Part shown: positions 1-8,105 of the stretch, one piece after another | Layout of the letters: each line of letters starts with the position of its first letter | How positions within the stretch are numbered: position 1 is the first letter of the stretch | Assembly: GCA_964645535.1 (NCBI GenBank) | Contig: CAZYCQ010000052.1 | Location: 1 to 23,095, forward strand | DNA length: 23,095 nucleotides | Source: an uncultured archaeon | Lineage (GTDB): Archaea > Asgardarchaeota > Heimdallarchaeia > Heimdallarchaeales > Kariarchaeaceae | Direction of reading: 5' to 3' | Made by a program: the position numbers and the translations under genes | Notes under the pieces: generated by a model | Database searches by the model: none | Told to the model about the DNA's origin: nothing | Seen by the model: only the letters and a program-made list of their open reading frames with translations

Positions 1-551
1 GGATCCCATGGTTTGAAACGTGGATGTTTCAATCCGAATTGTCCGAGGATTTTGGCAACAATGAAGTCTACAAGGTCGTCAACTGTTTTTGGATGATAAT
101 AAAATCCGGGAGCAGCAGGCATAATGACTGCACCAGCTTCTTTCAGTTGTGTGAGGTTTCGAAGATGAATAAGATTCAAGGGGGTTTCACGGAAGAGAAG
201 AACCAATTTTCTTCCTTCTTTGAGCATGCAATCGGCAGCCCTATGGATTAGATTCTGCGTATACCCTGTGGAAATGGCAGCAATTGTCTTCATTGAACAG
301 GGAGCGATAACCATTCCTTCATTTTGGTGAGAACCGGAAGCAATAGGAGCAGCGATATCATTCACATCATATTGGATCTGGACTTGGTTGAGTACATTTT
401 CATAGGAAGGACCAACCTCCAACTCAAGAACTCGTTTTGCGGCAGGTGAAACGACGATTTCCGGTTCATGTCCCAATTGAAGGAGAGTTTCGATCAATCG
501 AAGTCCATATTGGGCACCAGAACCTCCGGTCATGCCTACAATGATTTTCAT
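1..551 (-). CDS. ubiX: UbiX-family flavin prenyltransferase (3' end runs off the window)
   Basis: Not in the supplied ORF track. Manual translation from ATG at 551 gives MKIIVGMTGGSGAQYGLRLIE...IAAPIASGS...MVIAPCSMKTIAAISTGYTQNLIHRAADCMLKEGRKLVLLFRETPLNLIHLRN...IMPAAPGFY, containing the diagnostic UbiX/Pad1 motifs. Confidence 0.96.
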   Translation of the reverse strand, partial: MKIIVGMTGGSGAQYGLRLIETLLQLGHEPEIVVSPAAKRVLELEVGPSYENVLNQVQIQYDVNDIAAPIASGSHQNEGMVIAPCSMKTIAAISTGYTQNLIHRAADCMLKEGRKLVLLFRETPLNLIHLRNLTQLKEAGAVIMPAAPGFYYHPKTVDDLVDFIVAKILGQFGLKHPRFKPWD

Positions 552-654
552 TAGAGGAATAGGGGATTCATTGATATTGAAGATATCCCTTGAGGAAGGA
601 TATAAGATATAGATTTTTGAGAGGTTTGAGCAATTTTATTAAGAATGGGGAAGA

Positions 655-1242
655 ATGGTTTTTGTGACAGAAGGAATAGATGAATATCTGAACCAAGAAG
701 AAAACGTGGAATTTCTTCCAATGCAGTGTCCAGCATGTGGCAATGAAGATGCCAAGCTGATCCAACGGTTGTTGCAGATTCCATATTATGACGATTTCCA
801 TATGATTTCTTTTTTCTGCAAGAAATGCGGGCTCCGCAAAACAGATTTTGCCAATATCAACTCGAAAGGGCATACTCGTTATGAATACTTTGTGGAAAAT
901 CTTGAGGATTTCACTACGAAAGTGGTCCGGGCGGAAAATGGAGTGGTTACAATTCCAGAATTGGGTGTCAAGATTGAGCCAGCCAGAAATCCGCAGACAT
1001 GGATCAGAAATGTTGAGGGAATTCTGTTGGACATTAAGGAAAAGGTGGGATATGCAAGGGATATGGCAGAAACAGAGGATCAGAGGAAGGCTGCAATTGA
1101 ACGGTTGAAATTGATTGATGAGGCATTGGAAGGGAAGGTACCGTTTACGATCATTGTTGAAGATGTCACAGGAAACAGCATCATCATTCCTGCAAAAAAA
1201 GAGAAACTGAAAATAGAAATTCTAGAGGGATCATCCGAGTAG
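655..1242 (+). CDS. zpr1: ZPR1 zinc-finger protein (single-domain archaeal type)
   Basis: Two CxxC pairs (CPACG, CKKCG), IPYY, TIPELGVKIEP, NVEGIL and FTIIVEDVTGNSII match the ZPR1 zinc finger plus A/B domain. Confidence 0.93.
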   Translation: MVFVTEGIDEYLNQEENVEFLPMQCPACGNEDAKLIQRLLQIPYYDDFHMISFFCKKCGLRKTDFANINSKGHTRYEYFVENLEDFTTKVVRAENGVVTIPELGVKIEPARNPQTWIRNVEGILLDIKEKVGYARDMAETEDQRKAAIERLKLIDEALEGKVPFTIIVEDVTGNSIIIPAKKEKLKIEILEGSSE

Positions 1243-1614
1243 TTGTTCAAGTCGTTCAATGCGGGAAACAAGGGTATCAATGGTCTCTTGAAGAGATTTA
1301 ATGGTATTTTCCAGCTGTTCGATCTTTTTCAGTTGTTCTGGGGAAGAGTCATCATCTTTGGTTTCTTTCTCCAACAGATGGGGAAATTGGTTCATCAGAT
1401 TGTCCATCAGCATTTTGAATTGGAGGTCATTGAGAACGATACGTGTTTCTCCAAGAATATTTTTCAGTTTTTTTTCGAGAAAGTTGGCAGTCATCTGCGG
1501 TAAAGGTTCTTCAGCCTCAACATTTCCATTCAGCTTGATACGGACATACCACATGCCTCCATCCTGTTCTACAACAGTCTCGTACTTTGTGCCCATTATC
1601 TTGGTGGAATACAT
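1231..1614 (-). CDS. Hypothetical protein, 127 aa, with C-terminal coiled coil
   Basis: Clean ORF with ATG start, co-oriented with and 49 bp downstream of vps25. Heptad-repeat tail LKKIEQLENTIKSLQETIDTLVSRIERLEQLLG. Confidence 0.8.
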   Translation of the reverse strand: MYSTKIMGTKYETVVEQDGGMWYVRIKLNGNVEAEEPLPQMTANFLEKKLKNILGETRIVLNDLQFKMLMDNLMNQFPHLLEKETKDDDSSPEQLKKIEQLENTIKSLQETIDTLVSRIERLEQLLG

Positions 1615-1663
1615 TATGGGAATCTAGCGGTTGGGATTTTTTATCTTTTTTGGAGAAGTTGAG

Positions 1664-2353
1664 TTAAAAGATAAATTCGATGGCATCTTCTTCCTTGGAG
1701 ACGAATTGAGCCTTTCCTTCTGCCACAAATTTTCTTAGGATCTCTTTCAGATCCTCATCGGGGAGCGAACTCCAATCGGTATCCATATTCTTGAATTCAA
1801 GGAAGGTCAGTACTTCGGCAGCCTTTCCAGTGTCCAAGAGGTATTGATATATTTCATCAGCCCATTGATCAATGGGCTTATAATAAATTCTTGCCAGAAT
1901 CTTGTTTTCATCCAACCATTTTGCAATGCCTTCATCAACCATTGAATCAATGATTGCTGTGAGTTGGGGAAGAGTCAAGGCTTTGCCGTTTTTGCGGTTA
2001 CGGAATGGATGTTCTCTTTGCAACTCGATCAGGTTGACAATATGCTTGACAAATATCCTGCAATAATCGAGAAGGAGAGTTTTCCATCCCTCAATCCAAG
2101 AATTCAGTTGGGCAGGGTTGGAAGGTTTGATGTACATCCATGGTTTGTTGACCCAAGATGGAATCTGTTGCTCAAAGAGTATCTCTGGAGTAATTTTTGT
2201 AACTTGGGACGGCTCTTTCAAAGTCTCTTGGGGTGGCTCCTTCAGAGTTTCTTGAGGAGTTTCCAAAGGCTGTTCCACAACTTTGTCTTCTTTCTGTTTT
2301 TCCAGAGGTTCATCCTTCTTCTGGTATTTTTTTGCCCGTTCCTTGATTGACAT
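1664..2353 (-). CDS. vps25: ESCRT-II subunit Vps25 (tandem winged helix) with N-terminal low-complexity extension
   Basis: PSWVNKPWMY...WKTLLLDYCR...PFRN...EGIAKWLDENK...YKPIDQWADEIYQY...VLTFLEF...EGKAQFV aligns by eye with eukaryotic VPS25 (WCSLVLSFCR, LFNN, EWLDKSK, RRPEEWGKLIYQW, VFTLYEL). Start taken as ATG 2353, 1 nt after the vps4 stop, with GGAG upstream. Confidence 0.9.
   Translation of the reverse strand: MSIKERAKKYQKKDEPLEKQKEDKVVEQPLETPQETLKEPPQETLKEPSQVTKITPEILFEQQIPSWVNKPWMYIKPSNPAQLNSWIEGWKTLLLDYCRIFVKHIVNLIELQREHPFRNRKNGKALTLPQLTAIIDSMVDEGIAKWLDENKILARIYYKPIDQWADEIYQYLLDTGKAAEVLTFLEFKNMDTDWSSLPDEDLKEILRKFVAEGKAQFVSKEEDAIEFIF
2207..2254 (-). repeat. Two tandem 24-bp coding repeats (QETLKEPP / QETLKEPS) within the vps25 N-terminal extension
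   Basis: Minus-strand units caagaaactctgaaggagccaccc and caagagactttgaaagagccgtcc, 19/24 identical. Confidence 0.85.
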
Positions 2354-2354
2354 A

Positions 2355-3506
2355 TCAGCCAGCTCCATATTCTCGATCCCATTCCTCAAACCGTTGCAGT
2401 TCATCCAAGCTGACGGATGATTTCACATTTGCCAATGCAGTCAGGAAATCGTCTTGGGTGACTTTTCTGGCCTTGATGCTAGGATCTGAGATAGCTCCCT
2501 TTGCATCAAGTTCACGTATGGGTATGAATATCGCTTCACGACAGATGGTGGCAATGTCTGAGCCAGAGTAATTTTCGGTCAGTCGGGCCAATTCGGCAAA
2601 ATCTACAGATGAATCAAGCTCAACACCCTTGGTGTTTACTTCAAAGATTTTCTTTCTTGCCTCAAAATCCGGAACGGGAACATATATCCTCCGTTCAAAT
2701 CGACGTCGAAAGGCGGAATCTATTTCCCAAGGGATGTTGGTTGCACCTATGGTCACAACCCGTTGGGAAGGGTCACTGGTCAGTCCTTCCATGCTTGTCA
2801 GGAGTTGTGTCTTGATACGTCGCATGGCATCGTTTTCAGTTCCCCCACGGGCTTGGGTCAGGGAATCCACCTCATCTATGAAGATGATGCTTGGTTGCTT
2901 TTCTTTTGCCATCTCATAAAGTCGTTTGACCAATTTTTCGGATTCACCCAACCATTTGCTGACCAGATGAGCAGCAGAGATATTGAAGAAGGTTGCATCG
3001 ATATTTCCGGCAGTTGCCTTTGCAATCATTGTCTTTCCACATCCAGGTGGTCCAAAGAGGAGAATGCCTTTCCAAGGTCTACGTGCACCGGTAAACAGAT
3101 CAGGTCGCATCAGTGGCAGAACAATGGCTTCTCTGAGAGCGATCTTCACGTCGTCAAGTCCTGCAACATCGTCCAACGTGACATCTGGTTTCTCTGTCAC
3201 GATTGCATCTGCCAATGCATCATCAAGCTCTGATTCCTCATCATCACCACCCCCCTTTCCTGTTCGGGCAGGCCTGCTAGATTTTTTCATCTGCTTTTTC
3301 AGATCCTTGGCTCTTGCCACATAGGATTTTGCCCTGCTCTGATAGGTTTCAACAAGTCGAGGATTGCTTGTGAATTTTGTCATCTCAACCAAGATCTCTG
3401 CTGCCTGGAGGTAATGGTTGATTGCTTCTCCGTACTGACCCTTGTTGTCAGCTTCGACAGCCATTTTGGCAAAATGCTGGGCTCTGGCGTAAAGATTTGA
3501 ACTCAC
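2355..3506 (-). CDS. vps4: Vps4 AAA+ ATPase with N-terminal MIT domain
   Basis: MIT-like AVEADNKGQYGEAINHYLQAAEIL; Walker A GPPGCGKT; pore loop SKWLGESEKLVK; Walker B IIFIDEVD; SRH ATNIPWEIDSAFRRRFERRIY; C-terminal EEWDREYG. The ORF is open to 3527; GTG at 3506 with GGTGAT upstream is the preferred start, which is uncertain. Confidence 0.96.
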   Translation of the reverse strand: MSSNLYARAQHFAKMAVEADNKGQYGEAINHYLQAAEILVEMTKFTSNPRLVETYQSRAKSYVARAKDLKKQMKKSSRPARTGKGGGDDEESELDDALADAIVTEKPDVTLDDVAGLDDVKIALREAIVLPLMRPDLFTGARRPWKGILLFGPPGCGKTMIAKATAGNIDATFFNISAAHLVSKWLGESEKLVKRLYEMAKEKQPSIIFIDEVDSLTQARGGTENDAMRRIKTQLLTSMEGLTSDPSQRVVTIGATNIPWEIDSAFRRRFERRIYVPVPDFEARKKIFEVNTKGVELDSSVDFAELARLTENYSGSDIATICREAIFIPIRELDAKGAISDPSIKARKVTQDDFLTALANVKSSVSLDELQRFEEWDREYGAG

Positions 3507-3569
3507 TGATATCACCATTCGTTTCACAAATTTATATTGTTACCATTCCCGTATGTCGGAAAGCACAAG

Positions 3570-4292
3570 TTAACCCAAGGCAGGGAACCAATATTTCTTC
3601 CCTTCCGAGTAGTCATCATCGAGAAGGGCAATTCCATCTTCGACCATTGAGTCCAAGGCACGGGTAGCCCGTTCCATAGGCCATTTTGTTTTCATCAGAA
3701 CCTCTTCGAGAGTCACGGCTCCTCCGCGTCTTGCAGCAAGGGACAAAATCTTTTCCTGATCTTTTGAAAGATCGACGGCAACAAACTCGACGATCAATGT
3801 ACCAGAATCCAGTTTCTTGAGGTCTTGGATCAATCCGGATTTCTTTAGGGATTCCAAGGCTTTGATTACGTCCTTGGGTGAAACGATCTTTCCGGGTCGG
3901 GTTTTGTTAAGGCGAAGAGTTACCTCTGCGGCAGACATCAATCCCCCAGTTTCCCGTAACGCATCTTTGCCAATTTGCAACACCTCATTTGCAAGTTCAT
4001 CATAGTATCCCTTGCCGGTAAGTTTATCCACAAAACTGGGTTTCTCTTTCCAATCATAGACACCTACCTCTTCAGGAAGACCAAGTTCCCTTCTGAATTC
4101 CGCCAATTTTTCATAATATTCACGGTTTTCCTTGATCTTCTTCCCATGCTTCTTTTCGAATTCCTTGAGTTGCTTTTCCAACTTACGGTAGTTCTGGATG
4201 AGCAAATCCAGTTCAGTAAGCATCATTTCGGCTTCTTTTTCCTGGTATGCACTTTTCATGCGGATTTTGCGCTCGATGTCTCGAAGACCCAT
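3570..4292 (-). CDS. vps22: ESCRT-II Vps22/36-like (EAP30 domain) protein
   Basis: GYYDELANEVLQI, GGLMS, VSPKDVIKALESL, DLSKDQEKILSLA, KWPMERATRALDSMVEDGIALLD and YWFPAL align by eye with SNF8/Vps22 (FYYELGVQII, GGLIT, VSQDDLIRAIKKL, KWETERA, YWLPAL). Start taken as ATG 4292, 1 nt after the vps28 stop. Confidence 0.93.
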   Translation of the reverse strand: MGLRDIERKIRMKSAYQEKEAEMMLTELDLLIQNYRKLEKQLKEFEKKHGKKIKENREYYEKLAEFRRELGLPEEVGVYDWKEKPSFVDKLTGKGYYDELANEVLQIGKDALRETGGLMSAAEVTLRLNKTRPGKIVSPKDVIKALESLKKSGLIQDLKKLDSGTLIVEFVAVDLSKDQEKILSLAARRGGAVTLEEVLMKTKWPMERATRALDSMVEDGIALLDDDYSEGKKYWFPALG

Positions 4293-4293
4293 T

Positions 4294-4926
4294 TCAACCA
4301 CCGATTTTGCGGATCTGGTTCCTGAATTCATTCAGCCACCGAGATGCATCAAATTCAAGCTGTTCAGCATCCTCTTCTGAGAGAAGCTTGCTGGGGCTTT
4401 CTTCAAGGAGAGCTTTTCTCCATCCATCGATTTCTACAGCTACCCAATGATCTTGACCGAAGTTGGGGAAGTCCTTGACAATATTGAACATTTCATCAAG
4501 GAGAGGAACAATCATTTCAACCCTTGCAATCGACCTCAGTCTGAGAACATCGATAAGTTCAATTGCGTTTGCGACATAGTCCGCAGATTTTGCAGGAAGA
4601 TCCTTAAGCTTTTGGAGGGACAGGGAGATGTCTTCCTCCTTTTCAAGACCTTGGACAAGGTTAAGGCGTTTTACACCTTCAGGGAATTTTTCGTCCAGTT
4701 TCCGTTCGTTTATGAATTCCTCCATGCTAAAGCCGTTCTCTTCCAAAGCCATCTGGGCCTTGAATACATCAGAGATCGCGGCCTTCATTTGCCTGCGGTA
4801 CAGGGTTTCCTCTACCATACCCCTGTCGAAATGCTTAGCCAACCGGTCAATGGTAGCTATGGCTGCATACAGGTCAGCCTTATGATCTAATGGGCTCTTT
4901 TGCCTTCGTCTTGTTTGATATGACAT
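4294..4926 (-). CDS. vps28: ESCRT-I subunit Vps28
   Basis: ADLYAAIATIDRLAKHF, ADYVANAIELIDVLRL, IVPLLDEM and LSEEDAEQLEFDASRWLNEF match eukaryotic VPS28 (AELFAVVKTMQALEKAY, ADVVSLFITVMDKLRL, LDDSQVRQMLFDLESAYNAF). GGAGG lies upstream of ATG 4926. Confidence 0.92.
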   Translation of the reverse strand: MSYQTRRRQKSPLDHKADLYAAIATIDRLAKHFDRGMVEETLYRRQMKAAISDVFKAQMALEENGFSMEEFINERKLDEKFPEGVKRLNLVQGLEKEEDISLSLQKLKDLPAKSADYVANAIELIDVLRLRSIARVEMIVPLLDEMFNIVKDFPNFGQDHWVAVEIDGWRKALLEESPSKLLSEEDAEQLEFDASRWLNEFRNQIRKIGG

Positions 4927-5638
4927 GTGTTTCAATTCCTCCTTTCAGCTCTGCAAGTTTTTCCGCGGTTTTGAACCATTCTGCGGAATAATGCTTGAAT
5001 AGTCTGAAGAAATCAGTTTGGTCAATTTCGGCCTCTTCGAACTTGAAGTCAAGCAATTCCAAGAGATCTTCCAATGCCATCAATTCCGCCTTCAGTTCCT
5101 TTTCAGGGGATACATTAGGCAATTTCTGGAGATCAAAGCCTTGTTTCTTGAAAGAGGCTTCCAATTGTTGCCTTCCCTGTGCTTCCAGCAGGGCAAGTTC
5201 CTTTTGCAAGCTTTCGACCTGTGCAGCAAGTCTTTCCAATTCCGTATCCGTGATGGTCGGGGATGCTTGCACCTGAACAGGTGTCTGAGTTGGTGTTTTT
5301 CTCTGGGCAAGATTCCTGCTGTGAATGAACAGTCGGCGTGCAGCAGAGATGATGTCCTTGACACGGTAGCTGGGTTCCCATTCGGCAAGCAATTGAAGAT
5401 CCAAGTTTCCATCATTATCGACGTTGGGATGGCTCATCGAGGGAGATACCTTAACTACAGGCTTGACTATTGGATAGAATTCGGGGAATTCGATTCGAAT
5501 GCGAATGTCTTCACCCGTCGCAAGCCGTCCCACCTTCCCTACGAAAATGCGTCCATTGGGATCATCTTGGTAAAACGTGGGCTCATTTTTAGCAAGGTAC
5601 TTGCGCTCTTCTTTAAGCACTTTGTCAAAGTCTACCAT
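4880..5638 (-). CDS. vps23: ESCRT-I Vps23/TSG101-like protein: UEV domain, Pro/Thr linker, coiled-coil stalk and steadiness box
   Basis: UBC-fold motifs FPEFYPIVKP, HPNVDNDGNLDL (no catalytic Cys) and WEPSYRVKDII; linker TPTQTPVQVQASPT; coiled coil; C-terminal ALEDLLELLDFKFEEAEIDQTDFFRLFKHYSAEWF resembling the TSG101 steadiness box. Confidence 0.9.
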   Translation of the reverse strand: MVDFDKVLKEERKYLAKNEPTFYQDDPNGRIFVGKVGRLATGEDIRIRIEFPEFYPIVKPVVKVSPSMSHPNVDNDGNLDLQLLAEWEPSYRVKDIISAARRLFIHSRNLAQRKTPTQTPVQVQASPTITDTELERLAAQVESLQKELALLEAQGRQQLEASFKKQGFDLQKLPNVSPEKELKAELMALEDLLELLDFKFEEAEIDQTDFFRLFKHYSAEWFKTAEKLAELKGGIETHVISNKTKAKEPIRS

Positions 5639-5667
5639 AGAATCCAAACAATATTTTGAATTGCGAG

Positions 5668-5675
5668 TTAATAAA
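5668..5675 (-). promoter_or_regulatory. Putative archaeal TATA box of the ESCRT operon
   Basis: TTTATTAA on the minus strand ends 29 nt upstream of the vps23 ATG. Confidence 0.55.
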
Positions 5676-5888
5676 TGTGCACAATTGTAAAAACGTTAAC
5701 TGATTGAATTTTTCGCGACATACATGCAATTTACCTACACTGATTGTTTTGCGTGTAAGTTCTCCTATACGCAATCATGATGGACACTAAAAGCCATGAA
5801 ATATTTCAGGGCAAGAATACAGGAGTTGATGGATAAATCGAGTCACCTCGAAACAAATCCCTTTTAACAAAAACACTAAGGAAATTTA

Positions 5889-8105
5889 GTGCGTTCCATA
5901 TTTCTTATTCTCTTATTGACTAGTGGGTTCATGTTTGTTGAGAATGGCAATCCACAGGTATTGACGAAACAATATTCACCACATTCAGTAAATGCAGTAC
6001 CAATCCTTGAATCAAGGGATCAGATCATTCCAATAGGGGAAAAGGTGTTGTTCCAGCCATTTTATTGGAATATGCCGGACAGAGGAACCCATTGGAGAAT
6101 GCTTGGAGACAATATTGATGAGATCACGAGCCAAGGATTTGATTCCCTTTGGCTACCCCCACCACAGAAAACAAGAGAAGGCTATCCTGCGACAGGAGGG
6201 TACGAACCATATGATTACTATGATTTGGGAAGCTATGATCAGAAGGGAAGAATAAGAACGTTATTTGGGACTCAAGAGGAGCTGACCAACTTGATTTCCC
6301 TAGCCAATGCCAATGGCATCGGAGTGATTGCAGATGTTGTCATCAATCACCGAGTGGGAGGGGATCTTGAGTATAATCCATTCACTCAATCAGAAACACC
6401 CACCAACTTCATGAATGTTGCCAGCGGTAGACTTAGAATGAATTACACCCATTTTTGGCCAAACCAGTACGGAAATGGAGACGCCGGTCAATACGGGGAT
6501 TTTCCCGATATTTCACATGCCAATCCTGAAGTTAGACAGATGTTTCTGGAATGGGCGCAATGGTTGACAACGGAGATTGGATATGACGGGTTCAGATTTG
6601 ATTCAGCTCAGTTTATTGATCCAACCATGATACGCGATTGGATGCAGGCAATAGGAGGAGGGGCATTCGGAGTAAGTGAATATTGGATGTATACTCCAGA
6701 TCCAGACGAAGTGCTTGGATACCTCCGTGAGGCAAATGACACAACAAGAGCCATGGATTTTGCTCTTCTTGAGGCGATGAGACTAATCCTCAATGCAAAT
6801 GGAACAGGAGACCTACGAAACCTAGTAACACAGGGAATCTCCAACATTGAACCCTCAAAGGCCGTTACATTCGTAGTAAACCATGACACTTACAGGGATA
6901 AATTCGACGTGATTGAGGAAAGACGCCATCTCGGCTATGGATACATCATGACTCATCCAGGATACCCTTCCGTTTTCTATATGGATTACATCGACCCAAA
7001 CCTCAGAAACACCATTCTTCAGCTTGTGAAGATCCATAACCGGCATGCAAAGGGTAATCTCACCCATCTGTATGTTGATCAAGACCTGTATATTTCCCAA
7101 AGGGACGGAAATGGCACTGTTGAAGGACTATTGTTTGGCATGAATGACAGAATGGAAGGTGAGAGATCAGCCATGGTTACCACTCGATGGAAGGAAACAA
7201 AGCTCTATAATCTTCTTAATGGAACAGATGTAGTTTGGACAGATGCTCAGGGAAATACTACAGTGACTGTTCCAGCAAATGAATTTGTGATCTATTCTCC
7301 AGACCCCAGCTTTATCAGGAAAATTGATCTTAGGATTCCGAAAAAGGAATTTGATTATGGAGAAGCCCTGATGTATAAGGATATTGCCATTGATGGAGAG
7401 TTAGATTGGGAATGGGGGTTGCCCAATGCAATAGACCATATAGAAACAAACCAGATCACAGACCTGACCAATTTGTATTTTGGTCATGATGGAAAAAACC
7501 TGCTGACGGCATTTGCCTATATTAATCTCTATAACTGGACAGAAGGTCCTGTTGATTTCGAGATCATTCTGGATACTAGGGAAGGAGGAAGCAATCTCCA
7601 CCCAATCAGGGAAAATGTCAGGTTTGGAGGGAGATCGAGATTGCCTGATGAGATTTTTGTTTTCAAGACAGATTTTGCATCCAATGGATATCACAGGATA
7701 ATTAAAGAAATTACCAGATATTCATTTCAAAATGGATGGAAAAAAAGTGTGGTTCCCACCATTCAATTCGAGACACATCCAATGATGGGACTTGTGGAAG
7801 TGGCAATTCCGTTTGCGGATTTAGGTAGCGATGAACGGAACAAGATTTCTGTCAAGGTAGTAAGTGCATTGAGTGGATCCCAAAACGTGCAGGATAGCGT
7901 ACCAACTGATACAACAATAGACGAGAATTCCCTGAGTTGGCTGTTTATGGAGGATTTGGTTGAATTACCCCCTCAAGAGACAACCAGCGACTTGTCTTCA
8001 ACCCCTTCCCCATTTTCGACCACCATGAGACAGACACTGACAATCACCTATTGGATACCCATTTTTGGATTGATAGTGAGATATACATTGAAAAGAAAGC
8101 GTTGA
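5889..8105 (+). CDS. Secreted, membrane-anchored GH13 alpha-amylase (Thermococcales-like catalytic domain) with C-terminal DOMON/CBM-like domain
   Basis: Signal peptide; GYEPYDYYDLG; conserved regions DVVINH, GFRFD, EYW and FVVNHDT; IAIDGELD/IILDTREGG domain; Ser/Thr-rich linker; hydrophobic segment followed by KRKR. Confidence 0.92.
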   Translation: MRSIFLILLLTSGFMFVENGNPQVLTKQYSPHSVNAVPILESRDQIIPIGEKVLFQPFYWNMPDRGTHWRMLGDNIDEITSQGFDSLWLPPPQKTREGYPATGGYEPYDYYDLGSYDQKGRIRTLFGTQEELTNLISLANANGIGVIADVVINHRVGGDLEYNPFTQSETPTNFMNVASGRLRMNYTHFWPNQYGNGDAGQYGDFPDISHANPEVRQMFLEWAQWLTTEIGYDGFRFDSAQFIDPTMIRDWMQAIGGGAFGVSEYWMYTPDPDEVLGYLREANDTTRAMDFALLEAMRLILNANGTGDLRNLVTQGISNIEPSKAVTFVVNHDTYRDKFDVIEERRHLGYGYIMTHPGYPSVFYMDYIDPNLRNTILQLVKIHNRHAKGNLTHLYVDQDLYISQRDGNGTVEGLLFGMNDRMEGERSAMVTTRWKETKLYNLLNGTDVVWTDAQGNTTVTVPANEFVIYSPDPSFIRKIDLRIPKKEFDYGEALMYKDIAIDGELDWEWGLPNAIDHIETNQITDLTNLYFGHDGKNLLTAFAYINLYNWTEGPVDFEIILDTREGGSNLHPIRENVRFGGRSRLPDEIFVFKTDFASNGYHRIIKEITRYSFQNGWKKSVVPTIQFETHPMMGLVEVAIPFADLGSDERNKISVKVVSALSGSQNVQDSVPTDTTIDENSLSWLFMEDLVELPPQETTSDLSSTPSPFSTTMRQTLTITYWIPIFGLIVRYTLKRKR

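Noticed and set aside
1231-1614. Calling the 127-aa protein ESCRT-III or CdvA
   Set aside because: Too short, with a beta-rich N-terminus and no long basic helical hairpin typical of Snf7 proteins; no CdvA similarity recognised.
4880-5638. Calling this gene an active E2 ubiquitin-conjugating enzyme
   Set aside because: The protein has no cysteine, and the stalk plus steadiness box indicate Vps23.
5018-5659. 213-aa plus-strand ORF
   Set aside because: Antisense shadow of vps23 with no recognisable motifs.
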